DNA from: Antedon mediterranea
Lineage: Eukaryota > Animalia > Echinodermata
Assembly (NCBI RefSeq): GCF_964355755.1
Contig: NC_092670.1
Coordinates: 26,398,795-26,462,794, forward strand
Reading direction: 5' to 3'
Length of the DNA stretch: 64,000 nt
Below, in pieces: positions 54,283 to 64,000 of this stretch (position 1 is the stretch's first letter; each line of letters begins with the position of its first letter). The position numbers and the translations under genes are program-made. The notes under the pieces were generated by a model that did not search any database, was not told the DNA's origin, and was given only the letters and a program-made list of their open reading frames with translations.

Positions 54283-57004
54283 TAGTCCAGTAAAATATCA
54301 CCTTCACCATTGCATAACGTTAGTAGTCAACGAGATTCTCACCGTAGGTTCTAAACATTATGTAAAGATCATTTATTGATGTTGCGTCGCGTAAAAGTTG
54401 GGATTTGTAGAGAAAATGAAGTTTTTATACGCAGTTTTTGCTTCCTTTCGTCGTGGTTTGTTTTCATCGAAAAATGACGTCATGGGGCATAAGTGAATGA
54501 CACGCCATTGTCGACATTTGCGTTCGTATTAAAAAGTGAATTTTAAATGTACGAATATGGTATTAATTATCTGTATTACATTGTATTATTATGTATCACA
54601 TATATAACAAGTCATTTTGATAAAAAATAAGTCAAATAAATATGAAAAACAAAGGAAAATTGTGATTTTTGCATGTCATCTGAAGTGACCTTCCATACAA
54701 TGTGATAGCGCCCTCTATAAGTATTGATACACTCGCACTTCAAACTGCAAGCTTTTTGTTGTTATATTCATTCATTCAGAAATACAATTTAAGGAAGGAA
54801 TCGAATCAAGGGCATTATTACTTGGTTTATTATATATTTATGATGTTTTCCCCAAAAATAATTACTAGTATGTACATTTTGCGAATTGTAGATGTACCGG
54901 CGGTATGAAATTAAAAAAAGCTGTTTACGCGGTCTGTAGCCTAACGATATAATAATAATTATATGTATAAAATAATTGTTACTTTTTTCTGATAAATCAG
55001 TATGAATATGTTTACTTAGCGCTGCTTTAAGCACCCTATTAAAAAGAAAAGAAACAAATTGATTTAAGCCTATTTTTTGTCACGTTTTCGGTAATTAGTT
55101 GTCGATCTTCTTCACTCTCACTATCTGATTCGTCACTGTTCTCATCATCCGAGTTAAAGGAGTCGTTCTCAGCAATCGCTCGTTCAATTCTGTTGGAAGA
55201 ATCTCGCTTTCACACCACAAAGGCCCCAGCAAATCGTTATCGCCAACGCACCATCCGTTATTGTCTTGGGGTTTCGGCAACTCGTAAAATCGGTGTTAGT
55301 GCGAGCCTCCACAGATCCTGACTTGATAGTTCGATCATCGTGCGTTGTATATGTTGATGCAAGCATCTACGCGACGGTGGAAAGTTAGCTAATTTTTAAA
55401 TCAATGTTTTTTTAACACTGATTATTCCGGGTTTTTTTTCTTGCATTTCCTGCGAAAAAAGTCAAATCTAAGTTCATCGGTAGGCCTATGCCTTGCTTTC
55501 GAACGGAATCCATATAATAATAACAGGCACGTGAACTATTCCAGTTCCAACATTAACTCTTCTTCTCCTTTCCAACTTTCTCCTACTTTCTTGAAAACCT
55601 CTTCAAATTTTGGATATTTTTCGACAAGTTTAATGGCCTTTAATTTTCCTTTTCCCTTGAAAGCGCTGGTCGTGCTGCACTTTGTGAACGCATGCAGCCC
55701 TAGAATGGCATTACATCGACTTGGGGTGATTTCAGTGGTGGCTAAACTGGTGAGATTGGTTATTCGTCGATTCCTGCCACTGCCTGTATCGAATAGGACT
55801 TTTGCAATAATGGACGAAACAAAATGTAACAATATAAAAAAAAAACATCGCTGTCTTATATGGATCCCGATCGAAAGCAAGGAGTACCGATGAACTTAGA
55901 TTTTACTTTCTTCGCAGGAAATGCAAGGAAAAAGACGGATAATCAGTGTTAAAAAACATTGATTTAGCTAACTTTCCACCGTCGCGTAGATGCTTGCATC
56001 AACATATACGACGCACGATCGAACTATCTTGGTCATGATCTGGAAGCTCGCACTAACGCCGATTTAAGAGTTGCCGAAACCCCAAGACAATAACGGATGG
56101 TGCGTTGGCGATAACGATTTGCTGGGGCCTCTTCAAACAGAATCGGATGATGAGAACAGTGACGAATCAGATAGTGAGAGCGAAGAAGACGATTAATTAC
56201 CGAAAACGTGACAAAAAGTAAGCTTAAATCAATTTGTTTCTTTTTTAAATATGGTGCTTAAAGCAGCGTTAAGTAAACATTATTATTCATACTGATCTAT
56301 CAGAAAAAAGTAACAATTATTTTATACATATAATTATTATTATATCGTTAGGCTACAGACCGCATAAACAGCTTTTTTTAATTTCATACCGCCGGTACAT
56401 CTACAATTCGCAAAATGTAGTAATTATTTTTGGGGAAAACATCATAAATATATAGTAAACCAAGTAATAATGCCCTTGATTCGATTCCTTCCTTAAATTG
56501 TATTTCTGAATGAATGAATTTATAACAACAAAAAGCTTGCAGTTTGAAGTGCGAGTGTATCAATACTTATAGAGGGCGCTATCACATTGTATGGAAGGTC
56601 ACTTCAGATGACATGCAAAAATCACAATTTTCTTTTGTTTTTCATATTTATTTGACTTATTTTTTATCAAAATGACTTGTTATATATGCGATACATAATA
56701 ATACAATGTAATACAGATAATTAATACCATATTCGTACATTTAAAATTCACTTTTTAATACGAACGCAAATGTCGACAATGGCGTGTCATTCACTTATGC
56801 CCCATGACGTCATTTTTCGATGAAAACAAACCACGACGATAGGAAGCAAAAACTGCGTATAAAAACTTCATTTTCTCCACAAATCCCAACTTTTACGCGA
56901 CGCAACATATATAAATGATCTTTACATAATGTTTAGAACCTACGGTGAGAATCTCGTTGACTACTAACGTTATGCAATGGTGAAGGTGATATTTTACTGG
57001 ACTA
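54283..57004 (-). mobile_element. AcademX-like DNA transposon derivative with ~1.2-kb inverted arms
   Basis: Termini TAG...CTA, 3-bp TSD ATA; arms ~54283-55516 and ~55856-57004; central XPG/H3TH-like coding fragment. Academ assignment rests on known TAG termini, 3-4 bp TSD and XPG domain. Confidence 0.8.
55095..55860 (-). pseudogene. Fragmented AcademX transposase C-terminal region (XPG-like nuclease)
   Basis: FILLHF...LFDTGSGRNRRITNL...CNAILGLHAFTKCSTTSAFKGKGK (degenerate GCDTTSAF motif), then FPPSRRCLHQHIQR...NYQV...LPKPQDNNGW...PLWCESEILP with frameshifts. Confidence 0.78.
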
Positions 57005-57497
57005 ATATTTGAATATCTCACAGCTCTTCAGAATTAAAGGTGACCTTGATGATTATAATTTATTATGAAACCTGATGAAATGTAGATATGAATTAATATA
57101 AAAATTAAGCCTATCGGATGTTATGACGTTATGATATGGCCAGTTGAAGTTAAAAAGAAATTTTAGTAGTAGTTTTTCTTCTACATGCCAAATTTTCTTC
57201 CAAATCTTATATTTATTATTCTTTCGAAATTGTCATCTTCAAGTTTATTTTGATAATTTCATCTTACCAAAAAATTGGAACATGATATGTGTCCCATAAT
57301 TTCACCTATGCTACACTGTATATAGGTATACAGTGTATATATTCTATAGTCATATAATAGGCACAACTCAAGACTATACTATGCATCAGGTCATTCGTAT
57401 GTTAACGTACGTGTATGTTTAAAAAAATGTAATGATTGTCAGTAAAATTATAAAAATGATCACCTATAATTCATGAAAGTGACGAATTAAATTCTAG
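57005..57497 (+). mobile_element. 3' part of family B-related element interrupted by the Academ element
   Basis: cagctcttcagaattaaagg, ttcacctatgctacactgta and terminal gaaagtgacgaattaaattCTAG; probable 5' part at ~53880-54282. Confidence 0.6.
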
Positions 57498-57835
57498 TTT
57501 TCAATTATTTTTGTTTAACAATCAGTAGTAAACATTTTATGTAACATAAATGTAGTCTGAAATGAATACATTCCTAAACTAAACTATTATAGTACTGTAC
57601 ATATTCCGGAATAGATGTGTTACTCCCTAAGGCCGTAGTGACCCACATTCCAGTAAACAAAAATTCTAATTTCCCAGCCGCTGACAAACATACTCACTAA
57701 TCAAACAATTCTTCATCTATACACACCATTCGCCAAAAATATTTAACATGAAGGAAGGATTGTTTTGACAATGATAAATTGACAGCAAAAACAAAAACAG
57801 TGTTTATTGAACAGGGCTTACTGTCTGCATTTATC

Positions 57836-58782
57836 CAGGGGCGGTCACAGGACTATTTTAAGGGGGTTGCCCAAGAGTCCTCAGAGGGCCGTAGTGAGTT
57901 TTGCGCCATAGCCCCCCCCCCCCCTCCCATGTTAAATGACACCCCAAGATGGCCGCAAATAGTACTCTCACATGAAAAATTCACAATAGAAATGACACTC
58001 TATATCGGGCTACAGTACCAAACAGATCGTATCACGCCTGTTTTTTCCGCCGGTGAAACACAAGCAATAAACAATAGGATAACATTATTTGCGTTCAATG
58101 CGAATGTTTAGAGGAGGTCCCCCGACAAAGGTCATCATTTTTATTACAGAACTTTTAATATTCCTGCCAAATATTTTTTGCTTGTTTGGGTAGAGAGGGT
58201 TGTAAATCAAAATCATAGACTTTGACCTGATTTACCCTGCGTACTCCGAACCTGACTATGTGATGTGCTATATTTCTCCAGTATTCTTGCTCGGTGTTGT
58301 TGCGTGAAATAAAAAGTAATGGATTCCCGGCCCGCAACCTACACAACGTAACGCAAATACTTAGAAATTTGACCATTCACAAGGGATTAATTATTCGAAC
58401 TGTGTCAACTCGCTTGTGTTGCATCTAAGTCTTTAGTGGGGGAACCAAGTGCATAGATGAAATCAAATCTGCCCGGATTGCTTGTCAACGTTAGTTGCCA
58501 TGGACTTCGACCTGGTTCACAACCCCCCACAATCCATCCCCCCTACCCCGCATACTTGTTATATATGTTTTATCTGTTTTTGCGTTGTTGTGTGAAATCA
58601 AACTGCCTGTAGCGATGTTCGCAGCACTGTTGCGTTGACTGTTCCTAATTGTGATTATGCAATACAGCACTTTGCATCGATACGTCGTTGATAACAAGTT
58701 TATAAAATTGCAATTTGACGATTCGTTGTGAAGGGAACGGACGATGTGACCCCCCCCCCTCCCCCCACTGGCTGGGCCCCTG
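57836..58782. mobile_element. Possible hAT-like element
   Basis: caggggc...gcccctg termini with C-rich subterminal runs; no convincing 8-bp TSD. Confidence 0.35.
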
Positions 58783-59083
58783 ATTATGCCTAATCTTTCT
58801 ATGGCAGCGGCTCTTGTATCCATCTTCCAATTGTGTTTACAGTTGAATCATAGAGAATTGTAAAATTTAGAATATTAGTTTCACAATTACTGTGAATTAT
58901 TCATGACACTTCTAGACTATGTATGTATGTCAATAATGAATGTATTATTTTGCTTTTGGAAGGTCATTCTATCTTTATTTTATAATAATGTATTAGTTTT
59001 AGTTTTGAATAAAAAAGTATTATGTTTCAAAAATCATAATCACTCAATATTCAAAACAATGTTTTGTTCAACATCTAGCATTA

Positions 59084-59971
59084 GGGCCTGTTTCTGCTGC
59101 CACATAAATACTGGTAATTTACCCAAATTTAAGGAAAGTATGGGATAGGACTTGTTGTTGAAACAAGTTAATAAAAAAACAAAAAGAGATTGTGCAACAA
59201 CATTACCAAAAAAATAACAAAATCTAATTCGGGCAAGGAAGGAATAACTTGTCCACCATTTTAAGGAATTGAAAGGCAGGTTGGGTAAAAAAGATTAATT
59301 TTAAAGGCCAGGTGCGAGCAAAAAATTTCTATTGATCATACATTCCAATAATTATCGATCTATAGTTTCCCCTATGTTTCATAATTTTTGGGATTTTATT
59401 TCTGTTACACGAGTTTGTTGAAAATAAGCACTTTCTTATCAGTGGGGGGATAGTTCAAATTACACAGTAAAATCTCTATTCGTTTGTACACACATTTTGT
59501 AAATAGAGAGGCATTTTAAAAAGCTATGAAAAATAAACGGTGTGGTAAAAAATGTTATCAGATGACTAAATATAGGTAATATAACTTGAATATTACATTT
59601 TCATAAATATATGCTATAGCAAAAATTATCCACCGTCATTATCCATCTTTTTTCACCGTCTAGGGAGTCACCAGACATGTTATTACATTAGGTTAACTAC
59701 CTAACTACTGAAAAAAGTCTTCTTTTTTTTTGCCAAATTTTGTATTTGACCATATTAAGTGAAATTCATGTTTTTTCGTCTCGATTTCTGTTACAAATAT
59801 TTGATTTATGTACAATTAACCAAATATTAGATTTAAAATTCATGCCTGTACTTGAGCTTTAACATGACCACCCAAGATAGTACTTCTACCAGAAACGGGG
59901 TACATAAAATACCATATAAAATATACTGTATTTTATACCGTATTTTGAGGATATACAGCAGAAACAGGCCC
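59084..59971. mobile_element. PIF/Harbinger MITE containing a nested family D element
   Basis: TTA|gggcctgtttctgctg ... cagcagaaacaggccc|TTA. Confidence 0.87.
59305..59858. mobile_element. TTAA-target Kolobok-like MITE, family D (nested)
   Basis: TTAA|aggccaggtgcgagca ... tgcctgtacttgagct|TTAA; inverse of 30038-30579. Confidence 0.85.
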
Positions 59972-60568
59972 TTAAAGGATTTGTTATTACGTATGGCAAT
60001 ATTATTATTTAGATTAAAATTGAAATGTTGTGGGTTATGCACCCTGCACACAAAATTCAGAGACAATTATGTTACTAATTTTTTGAACAGGAACTTGCGA
60101 CTGTTCCTTTAAAGTACTCATCATGACATCAGCTTTAACGCATCTGCAATCCTCATCACCATTATGAATGCATCAAGAAGTTCTCTGCCTGCTAACATTA
60201 ATCAGGTCTTCATCATAATCTATGTGTCTACCATTAAACGTACGAATATATACTTATTTACATTTAAATCTAATGGCTATCTGCAAATAAACCTTCTAAA
60301 TATAATACATAAAACAACTAAATGAGGAAAGTCCTTGGAATAAAATAACCTAGAACTAGACAAAAAAGAATTCTCAACAAAATGACTTAATAAAGCACTT
60401 GTTTTATTTGTACTGTGAGTGTCAATTAATATTTACTAGAGTAGTTGCATTTCCTTTCATAGGGGGAAAACGAAAAAATTAATACGCCAAAATGAACAAT
60501 AATTTGATCTGAAAAAAATATAGCCGTGGAAAATCTTTTCTGCTCATGTCAACAAAAGTCATCTGATA

Positions 60569-60887
60569 TTGTTTGTTTGTTTTTTTATCTTTATACTGGG
60601 TAACCTCTTCAGTCAAAGACTGATCTCCCAGAGGGCCCAGTTGGTGATCAGTGGCTGTGATGTACTAATACACCGGGGTAACCCCCTACTCGTCTCGAAA
60701 GATGTACTAGGTTCTTTAAAGTGCACACGAGCAAGATGTGTACACTGGACCTACGGTTTATAGTCCTTATCCGAGAAAACTCGTTCTACCACCAGAACCA
60801 TAGAGTGAGTGAGCCTCGAACCCCTGCCGATGTTATGGCTACGTAATTACGGTTCCACTGTCTTAACCGCTCGGCCACTCACTCACT
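60569..60887 (-). mobile_element. tRNA-derived SINE with Deu/Nin-type conserved domain
   Basis: Minus strand: A box tggccgagcgg, B box ggttcgaggc, core ggataaggactataaaccgtaggtcc...taaagaacc...gagtaggggg ttaccccggtgt, A-rich/(AAAC)n tail. Confidence 0.85.
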
Positions 60888-61534
60888 ATCATTAGCTAGA
60901 CTGGATTTACTAAACTACTGCAGTTTTCAGAATGTGTAAAACAATCTGAGTTGATGATCCAGCCAGCTCTTTCCCTTAATACATGTTCTATTGTAACTCA
61001 TTTCTGAATTCAATATCTAATATGCATTGAAACAAAAAATTATCAATTCCAGTAAAACGTGTATTGTACATTCAGTTTCACAAATGGGTTGTGACATCGA
61101 TGAAACAATCTACAAACGAATAAAAAGTTTTAAAAATTGATTTCTGACTTAAAATTGATTTGTATCGACAGGGAGCCTAAAAATCAATAAATTAGTGGAG
61201 GCTATGTAAACTAGACATAACTAAAGAAATACAAAATAAAAATTGCAATAAAATCATAACATCCGTTCATCGCAATCATACAGAAACAATTGTATTGATT
61301 TAAAAAGTTGGTCAGGTAAATTGATGTGAGTGCTTTAAGAAAAAACCCTGCACTGATCCTTCTGCTGAAATTTATATAGAGTCTGATGCTTAACAAGTAT
61401 ATTCTTTGGCATTATATCTGAAAACTAATCATCTTAAAGTGTCTTTTTTTTTTGTGGCTAGCATTTTATTTTTCGTTTTATTCAATTTTTGTCTATAATC
61501 ATACTTAAATATGTTTGTTTGTAATTTCAATTAA

Positions 61535-62849
61535 CCCCTGTCCTTATGATACTTATTCACTTTTATATCTTGTTTTTAATCTCTTTAGAAATTGCAAATA
61601 TATTTAAATGTGAGTTTTATATTTGTTTTATGGGCAAATATTCCACAGTATTTTTTTGTTACAGACGGGACATTTTTGAGAATATAATTAGACATATCTT
61701 AGAAATAAAAAAGAATACAAGATTCACAGTAGAATAAATGTATACATACATATATGGCGAATGTTAATTATGAAAGTCAAGACTGTACAAAAACCAGACA
61801 GGACAGCAAATGGACACGACTTTTGAGAAGGTTTACAAATTGTAATATTTCTCCTAATTTAAAAGAGATTTTAAAATTTGTTTTGTATTATTATGTTACC
61901 GGATAGTTATTTTAGATGACTGAATATTAATTATTAAATTTTAACTGCAAATTTATTATTAAATATAATTTATATGTCGTTACAGATGTGATATTTCTAA
62001 CGTCACGGACGGGACACGTTTGCAAAAATACAAATTTTGTAACTTGTTTATTATAGTATATTGTAATTTAATATCTTAAGAGTTGAAAATTTAGATTTAA
62101 AAAAAAACATTTAAAAAAAGATTTTCGAGCTATTCATTCAATAAAGACAAGTGACGACAAAACCCAACCGAACTCAGAAGTTAAAATTATGAATTTTGAA
62201 ATGCAAGTATGAAATTAGTAAATAAATAAATAATTTAAATAAAATACTTGATTATGAACAATTTGAACTTACTGTTAAAAAGTAACTATATTTAGGGGGA
62301 AATATGTTAACAAGATGCATGGTTTATGAAATAAAAAGGATTAAAATGATATGTCCCATCCGTAACAAAAATGTCTGACCCGTTCCTACAAAAACAAAAT
62401 TTTAAATTGTGCTATCAATACTTTTAACTGAAATGTAAAAAACACCCCAATACCACTATTAAATTTTGCGGACGGGACAATTATGAAATGTATATATGAA
62501 ATTTAATAAACGAAATATGTGTTATAAAATGATTGACTATGTACAATAGGGACATAGAGTAACTATATCTGGAAAAAAAGATTAGGATTTAAATTATGTC
62601 CCGTCTGTAACAAAAATGTCCCGTTTGTAACAATATATTTTTGAAATATATTTTCATCAAAATATAAATTTTCATAAAAGGTGTTCATAATCTAATGAGA
62701 TATAGTCCTCAGGAGAAAATGAAATATCAAGATTTTTGCACACAGGACATTTATGTATTTGAAATGGATGCAAGAAATTATTAAACAATTTCACAACCAA
62801 GAGTTATATCAAAATCATTGGAAGTACACACCTAATTGGTGACAGTGGC
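61535..62849. mobile_element. Possible piggyBac-like TTAA element
   Basis: TTAA|cccctgtc ... gacagtggc|TTAA (imperfect); internal gacgggaca / tgtcccgtc repeats in both orientations. Confidence 0.45.
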
Positions 62850-62853
62850 TTAA

Positions 62854-63500
62854 GGCTTGTGCACACTGAATAATCACATGTGAAGCGACACACATCAAAT
62901 CGAAGCGAGATGCGTGAAGCTTTAAAAAGTTAGAACATCGCGAGTGTCGCGATCCGAGTATGTTCCGATTGGAAGCAAAGCGTCACACATCAATTTCGCA
63001 AGTTCCGGTTTGATCTGGGCGTGGCTAGTAGGCCTGGGCCTAGAGGCAAAATAAGAAGCTAGGTAGGCCTAGGTAGGCTAGGCCTGGGTATTTACAAATC
63101 TATTTCAAATACACTTGTATTTTGTAATAGACACATCCCTGAAAAGGCATTTCTTTGGTTTGGTGATTTTTATATTCAAGTGCCCCTTTTGTCATAAAAA
63201 GACGAGATACTCGTGAATTATGGCCACAAAATTGACGTCGCTAACACAAAATCCATGTTGAACAAATTATTTTCATCTTCATCTGACTGATGACATCACA
63301 CATAGCCCTACGATTCTTGTGATTTGATTGGTCAAATCGAATTTGCAATCGAAAATGAAAAAGTTGCCCATGAAGCAACTCTAGCTAATTCACTTGTGGA
63401 GCCTTCGCTAGTTCCGAATTCACAAGTTCGATTTGATGTTCACACTGAAATCGTCCGTCTCGACAAAATTTGCGTGTAAATTGTTCAGTGTGCACCTGAC
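62854..63500. mobile_element. Harbinger-like MITE
   Basis: Inverted gtgcacactgaataat / attgttcagtgtgcac, preceded by TAA; subterminal cacatcaa/tgatgt repeats. Confidence 0.6.
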
Positions 63501-64000
63501 AGCTAGTGAAGTCCTATGATTTTATATTTTCTTCTTGCATCGTGTTTGTTTAATTTGTTGATTTGTATCATATTTTGTAAAATGTATCTTTTGCCTGAAT
63601 AATAATAATAATAATAAATTAATTTGTTTCAACCCACGGATCAAATACTGTGGAATGCTCCTTATAACACTCGGAAAATTGAACATTTATGAAAACTTAT
63701 ATATTTTCTTTTAATAGATGGTTATGAGATTGTTGGCATAATTGCACATAAAATTAAAATGTCCTACGCTAACGTCACATTAAGCGCCACATTTACTAGA
63801 TGACTTCTGCCGTGTATAATCTAAAGTATTGATTGTATTTCCTTAAGTTGCTAAAGGCTTAGTATAGGAGAATATTTATCTCTGAAAATTCCTGAGCCAT
63901 AAAATGCATGCATCAATGAGCAGAATGTTTAATCAAGCATAGAGCAGCACCGATTTAACCACTTATGAGTCCGAAGCTGAAAGCACTGCTATCGTTTCCC

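Noticed and set aside
55441-55893. 150-aa plus-strand ORF, the longest in the track
   Set aside because: Antisense shadow of the Academ XPG-like fragment.
60800-60887. tRNA gene
   Set aside because: No convincing cloverleaf; it continues into a SINE body and tail.

Overview
AT-rich eukaryotic DNA, most likely an invertebrate animal (an echinoderm is only my guess). It looks intronic or intergenic, and I found no intact, recognisable protein-coding gene; almost all listed ORFs are spurious or transposon remnants. Much of the window is transposable element: a ~626-bp TTAA-target (Kolobok-like) MITE family in more than 12 copies of both orientations, a Helentron/DINE-1-like family, PIF/Harbinger, pogo-like, hAT and CMC-like MITEs, a 2.7-kb AcademX-like fold-back, a decayed Ty3/Gypsy element, CR1/L2-group LINE 3' ends and a Deu/Nin-domain tRNA SINE. 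Main hunt results: (1) minus-strand AG|GT recursive-splice-like sites suggesting a very long intron; (2) many TA-flanked micro-insertions resembling transposon excision footprints, seen by comparing repeat copies; (3) an Academ element whose ~1.2-kb inverted arms include the transposase C-terminus; (4) a tentative chain of small minus-strand exons. All alignments were done by eye, so boundaries of degraded copies are approximate.
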